A stretch of DNA of 64,000 bases. Source: a virus. Within the stretch, counting starts at the first letter, position 1; each line of letters opens with the position of its first letter. Made by a program: the position numbers and the translations under genes. The DNA lies in IMG/VR virus record IMGVR_UViG_3300037247_000847, positions 31,948 to 95,947 of that record. One strand, given 5' to 3'. The notes below the pieces were generated by a model. That model had not been told where the DNA came from. It was given only the letters and a program-made list of their open reading frames with translations, and ran no database searches. Positions 45,064 through 54,987 of the stretch are shown here, in pieces.

Positions 45064-47807
45064 CAGAACCCACACTCCTTCCGGTTTAAAAGCCCAAGAT
45101 CATCTGAGTAAATAGTAGACACTTCCTCTTGATCAAACCAATTTGGACCCTTACCTATTTCGAGACATAGTGGTACTGTAATCCAAGGAAAGTGTTCGCA
45201 TTGTAGCATTTCATATGCTATGAATTCTAGGTCCCTATCAATAGTTTTCTTTGGTATCCAGAATCCTAATTCATCATGTACCATTAGACGTGCTTGGAAC
45301 TGCCACTCTTCTAGTTCTTGTGCAGCCTCTGATAGACGATCCATTGCGTGTAGGACAATTTCTACCTCCGCGTTTTGAATAGGTGTATTGATGATCTCAC
45401 CATGGTCTAATGGACCATGGCGCCTCCACCCGGTTGGTCCTTCTACATAACCATTATCATCGTAAAAGTTTCTCATGCGCTTCTGATAACTACTTAACCC
45501 GGGCATCTCTCTAAAAAATTGTCTAATGAGTGGTTTTAGATCTTCTACTGGAATATGTAGATATTCAGATACTGATTTTGCAGTAGCTCCAAAAATTAGG
45601 GGGAACGTCCACTGGTTCTTTACATCTGTGCGGAACTTTTTCAGTGCGTCTTTGTCTTTGAGAAACTTCTCCCCACCTATTCGACGTGGATATGCACGGG
45701 CTAGTTTCTTTGTCCACCTCATGTGAATGTCATTTCTATCCCAGAGATAGGTACAATACATTTTGTCATGTGATAGCATACCTGCAATCCGTGCTTGGAT
45801 TTGGCCGTAATCTATTGCCACGAACCAGCAATCGTCTTCAGTTACGTGACTTGGTAGGTTATAATCAAATCCACTTTTTATCCTTTCACGTATAGCACGG
45901 GTTGGTGATATGAACAAGCGGCGTAGATCTGAGTAACCTTCATCTCGTTTAGGCCAGAACTGTTCATTCGGGAAAGAACAGGATGTCCTCCGTGTTACAA
46001 GAAACTGAGTTTGAAGAGCTGCGTGTGTCATACCATCAGGCCAAATACACAAGCCAGTTGCTTTCTTTTTGGTTATTACTACCTTTGGAGCATGATCCTT
46101 CGGTAGTAGAGGATCAACATATTTTGACTTGTTTCCACGTACAGCGCGATACTCACGTATTTTCTTGGCGATCTTGAGTGGGATCTTCTCCAAAACTGCG
46201 TCTTCTGTTGAGTATTTTGCTTTTCCCTTTTCGTCTTCTCCCACCTTACATTCTTTACGACCTAGGACATTTTTTAACATCAACAAGACGTCTTGTGGGG
46301 ATGAGGGTTTGAATCTTCTCCCCATCCTCTTCTCAAATTTGGATGCTGCTGAACTATTCTGGAACCAAGTCTCAAGCTTAACTATTTTGGGACTATATTT
46401 TTCATCAAATCCAAGTAAGGCATCAAAGTCAATCAACATTCCGAAGTGAGATTTAAGTGCAACTGTAGGTACGTGCCGCACTTGTTCTCTATACACATCT
46501 AATAATTTTTTATATTCTATCACTTTCTGTTGTACAACAAATAAAGCATGTTCCCATTTAGCATCTAATGCATTATAAAGTAGAACTTTAGGTAGAGGTT
46601 CATTATCTAAGTTACTAAGATTAACTGGTACCACATCCTTTAGCCGGAAACCAAAGTTGGTTAATATTAGAGCATCGAGGTTGGTGGTACCACGTTGTCT
46701 ACCGAGTACATATGCTTGAGCCATTGTGTCGTGCCAAGTACAGCATCTAGCTAAATCTTTTCCAAAGAACTCGATAGTCCATTCTAATTCAAAGAATAGA
46801 TGGTGTGCAATTTTCTCAGTATCTGATCGGAGAAATGAAATCCAAGCTTGCCATACTTCCTCGAACTGGCTCTTAGTCCATTCAGCTTCTCTATGTTTTA
46901 TTGGAAATGCAATCGTATCCTTCTTAGTTCCTACAGCAATAGTGAGTATGCGTGCGTTTTGTCCATAAGGTCGAACCTGTTTTTCTACAATAGCAGGTTT
47001 CTCATCACTAGCTGTCTCGTAGTCAAAAGCAACTTTGGATAATTTAGCATATTGATCCAACTTCTTTTTTATTAGCTTGACATCTTTCCATCCTCTTTCT
47101 CCAGTAATGATTTTAATATTACTCTTGATTTCATCTTCACTGATAATAGTAGCTTTTGGAAGTGATTCTAATTCGTTGATTGCACGTTGTATATCCCGAT
47201 CAAATGTTCGCTCCTGTTCACTAGGAATTTCTCTCCGAGTTTTGGGATGACGTCTACGCATTCGGCTAAGGTATGATGGGTGATAAAATGGATAATACCA
47301 ACAGCAGTGATTTCCTACTTGTATTGGAATACGTAGGCCACGCCAAGAAGTAATCCTTTCCTCACCTATTGCCCACTTGAGTGGGATACCACCAAAACCA
47401 AAGATCACTTTTGGTTTGGTCTTTTCTATATCTGATATCAGACGTGGTCGGCAGCAGGTTATCTCAATAGATGTTGGAGTAACATTCTTATCTTTGTGAC
47501 AATTTATGGTATTATTCAAACGAGCAATTTCTAGTAGCTCTTCTGGTATATATTCTCTAAGTAAATGTCCTGACTTACCAATAAATTGTTCATTGAGCTT
47601 ATCTTCTTCTACTCCTGGTCCCTCCCCTAAAATGTATGCCAATGGTTTCTTGGAGCCAGTTGCATCCATCTTTGGATGACGTAGATCCTTAACGCGATCA
47701 AGAGGACATGCTTTGCAGCCCATTTTAAATAATGTATGCATCGAGAATTGTCGTGAGCTACCACGTTTCTTAGTACTTTCATCTTCATCGAAGAGCCAAC
47801 CCCCCAC
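45063..47807 (-). CDS. polA: Family A DNA polymerase with N-terminal family-4 uracil-DNA glycosylase-like domain (SPO1-type)
   Basis: CKACPL, GEGPG.EED...FIGKSG, HPSY (UDG); DYET, YNALD (3'-5' exo); DYGQIQAR, R...K...FP..FG, NTPIQ, VHDEL. Confidence 0.9.
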   Translation of the reverse strand: MGGWLFDEDESTKKRGSSRQFSMHTLFKMGCKACPLDRVKDLRHPKMDATGSKKPLAYILGEGPGVEEDKLNEQFIGKSGHLLREYIPEELLEIARLNNTINCHKDKNVTPTSIEITCCRPRLISDIEKTKPKVIFGFGGIPLKWAIGEERITSWRGLRIPIQVGNHCCWYYPFYHPSYLSRMRRRHPKTRREIPSEQERTFDRDIQRAINELESLPKATIISEDEIKSNIKIITGERGWKDVKLIKKKLDQYAKLSKVAFDYETASDEKPAIVEKQVRPYGQNARILTIAVGTKKDTIAFPIKHREAEWTKSQFEEVWQAWISFLRSDTEKIAHHLFFELEWTIEFFGKDLARCCTWHDTMAQAYVLGRQRGTTNLDALILTNFGFRLKDVVPVNLSNLDNEPLPKVLLYNALDAKWEHALFVVQQKVIEYKKLLDVYREQVRHVPTVALKSHFGMLIDFDALLGFDEKYSPKIVKLETWFQNSSAASKFEKRMGRRFKPSSPQDVLLMLKNVLGRKECKVGEDEKGKAKYSTEDAVLEKIPLKIAKKIREYRAVRGNKSKYVDPLLPKDHAPKVVITKKKATGLCIWPDGMTHAALQTQFLVTRRTSCSFPNEQFWPKRDEGYSDLRRLFISPTRAIRERIKSGFDYNLPSHVTEDDCWFVAIDYGQIQARIAGMLSHDKMYCTYLWDRNDIHMRWTKKLARAYPRRIGGEKFLKDKDALKKFRTDVKNQWTFPLIFGATAKSVSEYLHIPVEDLKPLIRQFFREMPGLSSYQKRMRNFYDDNGYVEGPTGWRRHGPLDHGEIINTPIQNAEVEIVLHAMDRLSEAAQELEEWQFQARLMVHDELGFWIPKKTIDRDLEFIAYEMLQCEHFPWITVPLCLEIGKGPNWFDQEEVSTIYSDDLGLLNRKECGF

Positions 47808-47811
47808 AGTA

Positions 47812-48093
47812 CTATCCTTTCCTTATAGAAAGCAGTTCTTTACATGTGTATGTTTGGTCGGAAAACATATTGACCCGAAAAGCACCGAGGATACGAGAAG
47901 CTACATATTTACTTGGTTTCTCTCCATCAGGATTGTGGTCCCTCCTTAATATATTTAGTGCACTGAATGGCGAATGTGCCAATACTATTCCTACGTGTTC
48001 AATTCTAGTTAGGATACTTTTCGAGTATTTACTATTATAGATGGCACATACTAGATACTTATGGGGTTTTGTCTTTTTGTTTATTTTTGACAT
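47812..48093 (-). CDS. Hypothetical protein
   Basis: 93 aa ORF with RBS. Confidence 0.55.
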   Translation of the reverse strand: MSKINKKTKPHKYLVCAIYNSKYSKSILTRIEHVGIVLAHSPFSALNILRRDHNPDGEKPSKYVASRILGAFRVNMFSDQTYTCKELLSIRKG

Positions 48094-48110
48094 TTCTCAT
48101 CTCCTCTGTG

Positions 48111-49196
48111 TTATCTGTTAGCAACCACGTAGATGAAATCACCCGATTTGGATCGCATTACAGTAGTGTTACTACCAAAGGATATTTCTTCACATTTATC
48201 TAGTTGCTTGATTATAAGGTCAGCTGCGATTTTGGCACTTATATCAGATGTGTTCTCACCATCTTTAAAATCTACCAAATCTTTTAATGAGGTTCCATCT
48301 TTTGACCTAGTATGAAAGAGTATTCCTGTCTCTTCAGAGGTAATGTGACAAGTACCCTCATCACCTATCGTATTGGCTCTTTTTAGGGCAGCAGCAAGAT
48401 CTTCAGTTATTGGTATAAAGTCTAATTCCTCTGAGACTGTCTCCTCAAACTTACCAACAATGTTGGGCATTTCGACATTGATTAGCTTACCTACAATAAC
48501 ATTTTCTCCATCACCCCAATCTAAAACAACGCTATCCTCATTAATGTGAAGCTTTGCTGACATTCCAAATTCTTTAGACATCGGTACAGCAGCTTTGCAG
48601 AATGATGAAGGTATTGAGATTTGTTTGTTCTTTTTTCTAAGAACTCCCAAGAGCTTTCTTGATCTTGATTTCAAGTCATGGACATCAAAATGGGAGATTG
48701 TAGATCGTCCTCGTCCTACCCCGTATACACCTAATGAGGCACCAAACGTAAGTATGATGCCACCTATCCAACTTCCTAATCCAGTATCGGGAGACTGACT
48801 AGAACACATCTCGATAGCTGTAAAGAAACTCTCACCTACAGTCAATGATATTGCTTGTTCTACATCTGGAAATTCAAATGGCCATTCTTCATCTGGAAGT
48901 GACGACAATAATAGTTTGCTAGACCCACATCTGATGATAAGATTTCCTTTCTTACTAATAGCAAGTTTGACCTCTTTGGTGTTACAGGCTGATAGAAAGC
49001 CGGTTAATTTCTTACCTGGAACGATTACCTTCTCGAATGCATTTACAGATAAGCATGTAGCTATCACGTCATTGGATGCTATAACGTGAGTACCAGTAAA
49101 CCAAAAACTCTTGAGTATTGGTAAAACAACCTCATTATCACTAAGAAGAGCAGGTGCTGCTAATTTTAGTGTATCGAGAAGTTCCTCTCTTTTCAT
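48111..49196 (-). CDS. dnaN: DNA sliding clamp (beta-clamp-like)
   Basis: 361 aa; REELL..L...., PIL...., three-domain length; near the polymerase and clamp loader. Confidence 0.65.
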   Translation of the reverse strand: MKREELLDTLKLAAPALLSDNEVVLPILKSFWFTGTHVIASNDVIATCLSVNAFEKVIVPGKKLTGFLSACNTKEVKLAISKKGNLIIRCGSSKLLLSSLPDEEWPFEFPDVEQAISLTVGESFFTAIEMCSSQSPDTGLGSWIGGIILTFGASLGVYGVGRGRSTISHFDVHDLKSRSRKLLGVLRKKNKQISIPSSFCKAAVPMSKEFGMSAKLHINEDSVVLDWGDGENVIVGKLINVEMPNIVGKFEETVSEELDFIPITEDLAAALKRANTIGDEGTCHITSEETGILFHTRSKDGTSLKDLVDFKDGENTSDISAKIAADLIIKQLDKCEEISFGSNTTVMRSKSGDFIYVVANR

Positions 49197-49201
49197 GTTG
49201 A

Positions 49202-49819
49202 CTACTCCTCTCCTTCTGGTCCAGGTATTGCTTCCGCCTGTGCATCTATCCTTGCTTCTGTTAGTGCATCATCATCAAAGTTATCATCCTCTGGCTTGCT
49301 TTTAGGTAAGCGTGGATCGTCAATTTGGTCAGGGTGATAGGTAGGATAGGGGGGGTCTGAATCCTCACCCTCATCAAAGCCGAATGGGTGTTTCATACCT
49401 GACGGTTCGGTTTCATCTGTTAGTGCTAAAGGAGGGAAACTCATATTCAATTCCTTGATTCTGGTAACATGACCAATTTCGATCATATGCTCTACCAAAA
49501 TTAGAAGGTATCCGACCAAATCCAGGCAGTCATCTAATATAGTTTCATTTCGACCATCTGCTTCGAATACATCGAAGATGTCGTACTTTGCTGGATGTCG
49601 TGTCTCGCAGGCCTGTTCGATACGATCCCATTTTCTAGCTATTACCATAAAGGCTCCAGCTCCCCCACGCTTTCGCCAAGAGCTTCCATACTGAATGTCT
49701 TTATCATTTACGAACTTTACCAGTTCTTCAGCTATGAGATTTAGGCGGTGGTATTGGCGGCCATATCGTTTCATATCTGCATTAATCATGACCAGCTTAG
49801 ATGCGGGCTTGTCAGACAT
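49202..49819 (-). CDS. MazG-like nucleotide-modification-associated protein (Nmad1/DUF1599-like)
   Basis: K..QYG.SW...G.....ARKWDR....D...DL.GY. Confidence 0.65.
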   Translation of the reverse strand: MSDKPASKLVMINADMKRYGRQYHRLNLIAEELVKFVNDKDIQYGSSWRKRGGAGAFMVIARKWDRIEQACETRHPAKYDIFDVFEADGRNETILDDCLDLVGYLLILVEHMIEIGHVTRIKELNMSFPPLALTDETEPSGMKHPFGFDEGEDSDPPYPTYHPDQIDDPRLPKSKPEDDNFDDDALTEARIDAQAEAIPGPEGEE

Positions 49820-49877
49820 TTCTCTTCCTTTCTTTGTTCAAGGTTCAACCGTTTGCATCCTTTAGTTAGTAATACAG

Positions 49878-50954
49878 CTAGTGTTTAATTGAACGCCTCT
49901 TCATCCAATGTCGAGCTGCGTGCAACCAGTCGATATGTTGCGTGTTTGGTAACAAATAATCTAGTTCCCAATCAATGCATTCAAATTGATTGGGATCGTC
50001 TTTACGCCTTCGAAATATCATATACGCTTTTACCATAGGGATCGCGACTCTTGAAAAGATAGGGTTACGCCATGGATACATATAATACATATCTATTTTT
50101 GGTTCGTCTTCTTTGGTAGCCCCCAACCGTGCGTCGTGCCATTGAAAAAAGTGATGTAATTCTTGATCGAATTTAACTGGATCGTAGATTAGCTGGGTTG
50201 GTTTGACTACTCCAGTGGAATATTCATCGTTATGATATGTAATAGGTGGCCGACCAATTGAGGGGGGTCTTAATGATTTAAGTTTATCAAAAATTTCAGT
50301 GTAGGCATGAAAGTTGTTGCTAATTTGATATAGTGATCCAACATCTATACCAAGATTGGCAGCCAAATACTCTTGTAGGATAGAAAATTGTACCGCATTG
50401 GCCCCGGCTGCACCCCAAATTACATCATTGGACCTGCAGAATACGGTCATATCTAAAAGCTGATTATTGATCCAAGGTGTAACGATGAGATTACACGGGA
50501 TATCTTTGACATTCTCATGCTCGTGTAGATCATCTTCACAGTCCCATATCTGAATAACAGCGCGACGAGATTGTGGATGTTTTTTAAGAAGTATTTCAAC
50601 TTTGATCAACTGATCAATTGGCCAATGTAGATGCCATCTATAACCATAAGCCCCGTGAAAGGTTGTTCCATCATCAGAGAAGTTTGACATACGACGAACG
50701 TAGTGAGTCAAAGTTGCAACATCTCGTCTGCCAGCTAGCATCCATAGTGCTTCTATAAGATGGAAAAAGGGATTGGCATCCCTAATAGGTGAGAAGAGTA
50801 CTCTTTCCATAGGCTTTCTATAGACAGTAGTGACAGGAGTTGGTGCTACAATAACCTCACCTGCTCTAGATGAGTTACGTTCTCCTTCTTTCTCAAGATG
50901 TTGAAGCATTTCAGGAAGTGCTTCATTTACGTTCCTAACATCTAGTACGTGCAT
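49878..50954 (-). CDS. Thymidylate synthase-family enzyme, probable dUMP hydroxymethylase
   Basis: NPFFHL.E.LWML.G, GAYG.R, SRRAV, DIPCN, RSND..WG, NFHAY; ATG at 50954 after AAGGAG; linked to 5hmdU-modification genes. Confidence 0.85.
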   Translation of the reverse strand: MHVLDVRNVNEALPEMLQHLEKEGERNSSRAGEVIVAPTPVTTVYRKPMERVLFSPIRDANPFFHLIEALWMLAGRRDVATLTHYVRRMSNFSDDGTTFHGAYGYRWHLHWPIDQLIKVEILLKKHPQSRRAVIQIWDCEDDLHEHENVKDIPCNLIVTPWINNQLLDMTVFCRSNDVIWGAAGANAVQFSILQEYLAANLGIDVGSLYQISNNFHAYTEIFDKLKSLRPPSIGRPPITYHNDEYSTGVVKPTQLIYDPVKFDQELHHFFQWHDARLGATKEDEPKIDMYYMYPWRNPIFSRVAIPMVKAYMIFRRRKDDPNQFECIDWELDYLLPNTQHIDWLHAARHWMKRRSIKH

Positions 50955-50955
50955 G

Positions 50956-51222
50956 TTATATCTCCTTTTCCCTCTGTACTGTACGCGCTCGGATTTCACT
51001 TGCTACACGAGCACGAAATTCCGAACAACCATCTAGCGCCGCTGCTTCGACCAATTCTGCACACGCCTCACGCTCACGCTCCCGAATGATTTCATTCTCG
51101 CGTTTCCAGGTTTTCTCGGGAATGATGACCACCCGGTCAGAACCGTTTCCTTCGAGCGTTTCTAGAGCGTGGGGCTGATCAGCCGCTCCGATGTAGATGA
51201 CTAGGGGACTATCTTCTGTCAT
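50956..51222 (-). CDS. Hypothetical protein
   Basis: 88 aa; ERERE.CA..V...IRAR motif common in phage accessory ORFs. Confidence 0.6.
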   Translation of the reverse strand: MTEDSPLVIYIGAADQPHALETLEGNGSDRVVIIPEKTWKRENEIIREREREACAELVEAAALDGCSEFRARVASEIRARTVQREKEI

Positions 51223-51246
51223 GGCTCATACCCTCCTCGTAAGTGG

Positions 51247-52071
51247 TTACACATCAAACCAAGGGAGTTGACTATGTCGACCCCTTTCTCCTCCCCATGG
51301 TACATCGTCTACATGTCTTATAGCATTGTAATTTATTAATTCAATGTCAAAGGATTCTATAGATGATAGATGTTGATTTTCAATCCAAAACCTACGTATG
51401 TTTACTTGAGACACGTTTGTAAAGGTAATGTAAAATGGTACTCCTGTAAATGATAACATTCGTAGATTACGTTCAAACCTCTGCCAGTTGGGATGCTTAC
51501 GTGTGTTATCCATCCACTCCTTGCGATCATAACCTTTGATATTGACTGCTATAAGCACGTGGTCTCTTACACATTTTAGATACTGTAGTGTGTCCGATGA
51601 ATAATTAACCTCAGTAAGCATCATATCTGAATGGAATACCCATTTTCTATGTAGTAACTTTTTCCGCCGTGCAAGTTCTCCAATTAACTCTGGCCAGCGA
51701 ACCATACTTAGAGCAGGGGCACCACCCATAAGATGAAATACTTGTAGGTTAGACTCAATAAACGCGTCAACCATTTGTGCAGTAGATACCTGCTCATATT
51801 TACCCCACACACCTTCTCGCGTGACGTAACAATATGGACAGTCTAAGTTACAACCAAACAACTGAACGACAAACTGATGTTGTGCTTTCCATCCGAGACG
51901 TTTCATGCATATTTCTGAGAATTGGTCGTATCCTCCTCCTCCGCGTTTAGTGTCACAAGATCTGTATAGTCCCCCATTCAGAATATCTTCCTCACGAACA
52001 TCGAGACGTTGACCCCTACTTAGTGGAACCACTTTCCAATTCTTTTTGGGATCACGAGTTCCCATTACCAT
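51247..52071 (-). CDS. Radical SAM protein (minimal)
   Basis: GCNLDCPYCYV (CX3CX2C), HLMGGAP. Confidence 0.82.
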   Translation of the reverse strand: MVMGTRDPKKNWKVVPLSRGQRLDVREEDILNGGLYRSCDTKRGGGGYDQFSEICMKRLGWKAQHQFVVQLFGCNLDCPYCYVTREGVWGKYEQVSTAQMVDAFIESNLQVFHLMGGAPALSMVRWPELIGELARRKKLLHRKWVFHSDMMLTEVNYSSDTLQYLKCVRDHVLIAVNIKGYDRKEWMDNTRKHPNWQRFERNLRMLSFTGVPFYITFTNVSQVNIRRFWIENQHLSSIESFDIELINYNAIRHVDDVPWGGERGRHSQLPWFDV

Positions 52072-53263
52072 TTCTCAGACCTTTCTGTTGACTAGATATT
52101 ACCAAATCAGCAAATTCATCGAAACCAACTATGTCTTTGTCAGATAGGTTGCTCACTACATAGTCTCTAGTTCTCGTCATTTGAGTATTGGTAAGATCCA
52201 ATAGCCAACGTGTGCGCTCCTCTGACATATCTATTTGTAAGTCTTGATACAACTGTAGCATACTCTCAAAGACATTAGAAGTTAGGTCACTACAGTTTAA
52301 TAATACAGTGTCCCGAGTCTCATTACAAATTGTATTATAGAAAGCAACGAATTCTGTACATTCCCTCCTTCGGAACTTCACGTTCGCTTTGTGCCATTCA
52401 ATAGATAATGATTTATCAATTCCGGTCTTAGTCAACGTGCTTTCTCGTGAAAGTGCTACATAGGAGGATAACATATCTTTGTGGTCACGTACCAAAAACA
52501 GGAGCTTTGCATACGGAAAGGACTTGAACAATGCACGGTAAAATGACACATCTTCGTTTTCCTTTGTGACCCAAATTCTGTCCTTGCCTCGGTAATATGC
52601 TACTTTTCTTATTACACGCATAAAGACTTTTAGTAGACGTTCCTGGTTTTTACTATTGAGAGTGTTGAAGTGAGTTAACTTATCCAAAAGTGAGGTAAAC
52701 GGAAATCTCCGGAATACGAAATAATGATGATAGAATTTCTCTTCTAGAAATATACCATGTTCTTCATGATTACCATAAAGGTGAGGATGCATCTGACTGG
52801 CTAGAAGACCAGCAGTATCCTTATTAGACCAATAATTCCAACCGTTGATCCAATCTCTAAGTCTTAAACAATCTAATAAGTACCATATACATATATAAGG
52901 CCAACGCCATTCTAGATAGGTAACTGCAAAGAACACATCCTTATCATCGGCCAACAACCGATGTAGGAAGGTAGAACCACTTCTGGGTTGGCTAATAATG
53001 AAGACAGGATCCTTGAGACTTACGCAGTTCAGTTGTCTACTAAATATCACTTCATCTAATAACCACAAGGTACAATGTAGTGGGCTCAATACTAGGTCAC
53101 GCAGCAAGTATGTGAGTAGTCGCAGCTTGACACGTTTAGGAAGCTGTTTGTCTCTACACGTTGCTCGGAAGACACACCAATACGAACCCCAGTGTGATAG
53201 GGGATTGATATAGCCTAGAAGAACAGCTACTGTGCAGATTAATATAATAATAGAGAGAAGCAC
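52052..53263 (-). CDS. PAPS-dependent sulfotransferase family protein
   Basis: 5'-PSB loop PVFIISQPRSGSTFLHRLL; 3'-PB motif LVRD..DMLSSY; hydrophobic N-terminus. Confidence 0.78.
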   Translation of the reverse strand: MLLSIIILICTVAVLLGYINPLSHWGSYWCVFRATCRDKQLPKRVKLRLLTYLLRDLVLSPLHCTLWLLDEVIFSRQLNCVSLKDPVFIISQPRSGSTFLHRLLADDKDVFFAVTYLEWRWPYICIWYLLDCLRLRDWINGWNYWSNKDTAGLLASQMHPHLYGNHEEHGIFLEEKFYHHYFVFRRFPFTSLLDKLTHFNTLNSKNQERLLKVFMRVIRKVAYYRGKDRIWVTKENEDVSFYRALFKSFPYAKLLFLVRDHKDMLSSYVALSRESTLTKTGIDKSLSIEWHKANVKFRRRECTEFVAFYNTICNETRDTVLLNCSDLTSNVFESMLQLYQDLQIDMSEERTRWLLDLTNTQMTRTRDYVVSNLSDKDIVGFDEFADLVISSQQKGLRNGNGNS

Positions 53264-53275
53264 TGCTCATTCCCT

Positions 53276-53440
53276 CTATTTCGTACGCCAGAACTCTATG
53301 GCCATCTGGATGTCATGAGTCAGTTGGTTGCAAAGATTGGTGTGAGATTCATCGTCTGCCTCCATGACGATTTCGCATCCACGTTCAGCCCGCCGTTCAT
53401 GGACGTGGGCGATGGCTCTGGCATTTTCTTTCGGTGTCAT
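53276..53440 (-). CDS. Small hypothetical protein (below the cutoff)
   Basis: Hand translation MTPKENARAIAHV...EFWRTK (54 aa), AAGGAGG RBS. Confidence 0.55.
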   Translation of the reverse strand: MTPKENARAIAHVHERRAERGCEIVMEADDESHTNLCNQLTHDIQMAIEFWRTK

Positions 53441-53450
53441 CACGCCCTCC

Positions 53451-53681
53451 TTAGTTTTCGTCGTCCTCGGTCGTCATTTCAACAGGCTGAACCTGGGCAG
53501 CATCCTCCTCCCCACAGAAGAATTCGCCAGCGGAGTTGAATGCCATCACCCGATTGTTGTCGTGATGATACTCGCTCTTGAAGCAGAGCAATTCCGGGTT
53601 CTCCTGTGTCACGAACGGTCCTGGTGGTGCTTCCTTTAGTGAGCAGGGCCAGCCTATCGGTGTGATGATTTTCTGGATCAT
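53451..53681 (-). CDS. Hypothetical protein
   Basis: 76 aa, AGGAGG RBS, ATGA-coupled. Confidence 0.6.
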   Translation of the reverse strand: MIQKIITPIGWPCSLKEAPPGPFVTQENPELLCFKSEYHHDNNRVMAFNSAGEFFCGEEDAAQVQPVEMTTEDDEN

Positions 53682-54298
53682 GTTAGCCTCCTTTCTAACA
53701 ACTGATATATTGCACGCATGGGTTTACGATAGTCAATGATAACTGTTTCTTCACCCTCACTCTCGAACTTCTTACGTGTAGCTTCGGTTGCAATGAACTT
53801 TTTCTCTACATGCTTAGTTCCACTACTACCCCTTATTCTACCAGAAGCAGCAGTCTTATTTTTGTTACGAGCTTCGATCCGTTCGTAGCAGACTTCTAGT
53901 GGGGTATCCATATAGCACCAAGTAATACCTCCGAGCTCTTGTGATAATTCATAAAACCTTCTGAATAGACCACTGACGATAAAACCCTCAAAGAATACAT
54001 GACCTTTACCTGCAAATTTTCTTACTATATCACATACATCATCCAATCCACCAAAGTGCTTCATGACATAATCTGCACCCCCAGACATAGTTACATAGGA
54101 GCCGACGAAATAGACTGGGTCTCCCTTATACATACCTTTATACCCTATTACCCGCCCTATGAGACGACCTGGCTCCGGGTCTGCGTATAGAGGAGTAGCG
54201 TTGCTCTTCTTCATCAGCTCCCTAATAATCCAAGACTTGCCTGATCCGTTGCAGCCACGAATATTCACGATGCGATATTTATTGCGTTTTCTAGACAC
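53678..54298 (-). CDS. P-loop nucleotide kinase of base-modification clusters
   Basis: NIRGCNGSGKS, GGAD, FEG, DTPLEVC.ERI..R. Confidence 0.8.
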   Translation of the reverse strand: MSRKRNKYRIVNIRGCNGSGKSWIIRELMKKSNATPLYADPEPGRLIGRVIGYKGMYKGDPVYFVGSYVTMSGGADYVMKHFGGLDDVCDIVRKFAGKGHVFFEGFIVSGLFRRFYELSQELGGITWCYMDTPLEVCYERIEARNKNKTAASGRIRGSSGTKHVEKKFIATEATRKKFESEGEETVIIDYRKPMRAIYQLLERRLT

Positions 54299-54373
54299 CG
54301 TTTTTTCCTCCGTCTTCGGTGCATATGATGCGTCTAGTTTAATGGTTTGTAGGGCTTCTCCCTGATGTCTTTT

Positions 54374-54724
54374 TCAATTAGACGTTGGCGCTAGACGTTG
54401 GCGCAACTCCTCGTGGCGGATCTTAATGGTACGCATCATCTCGGCTTCACCATCTGGGCCAAGGTTATTCAACAACTTGTCGTAGTCTACATCAATACGG
54501 CTGCCAAACTTGCGGCTGATACCGGCTGCCTCCACAGTCGAGACAAAGGCACGGAGCGTATCCTGCTGTTCAATTAAACCCTTATGGCTTGCCGCCGCCG
54601 CACCAAGCGCGTTAATCACCCGCTGCAACGTCAGATTAATAGCAATTTGCTGTGCCAATAAGTTTTCGAGCACCTGTGGCAAGCTAAATTGCACCCGGAA
54701 AAAACACCTCAGTCCCTTCAACAT
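54374..54724 (-). CDS. Hypothetical protein (paralogous segment with 1822..2106)
   Basis: ATG at 54724 after AGGAGG. Confidence 0.6.
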   Translation of the reverse strand: MLKGLRCFFRVQFSLPQVLENLLAQQIAINLTLQRVINALGAAAASHKGLIEQQDTLRAFVSTVEAAGISRKFGSRIDVDYDKLLNNLGPDGEAEMMRTIKIRHEELRQRLAPTSN

Positions 54725-54987
54725 TGTTTCATCCTCCTTCTTCGGTTCAGCATAATGCGTCCGAGTTCCTTGACACTCACTTCTACAGCTCCTGCCTTCA
54801 CGGCTAGCGCGCGCTTGGATAGACATATGTCAAAATGGCTGCGAGGTGTGCCTGGATATTGATGCCACTTGCGTTGTACACCAATCTTGTCTACCATAGT
54901 TAACAGCTCTTCGTCGCTATCGGCTATCATGTGACACATGATTAGGCGTCCGAAAGGAGCACGCATGTTGTCTACTCGAACGGTCAT
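54718..54987 (-). CDS. DUF4031-like protein
   Basis: V.VD......GR..MCHMIADS.EEL......IG..RKW.Q....HFD....KR..A...GA. Confidence 0.75.
   Translation of the reverse strand: MTVRVDNMRAPFGRLIMCHMIADSDEELLTMVDKIGVQRKWHQYPGTPRSHFDICLSKRALAVKAGAVEVSVKELGRIMLNRRRRMKQC

Noticed and set aside
51247-52071. QueE / 7-deazaguanine pathway or NrdG activase
   Set aside because: No queC, queD, folE, dpdA or nrdD in the window; the Cys spacing is plain CX3CX2C
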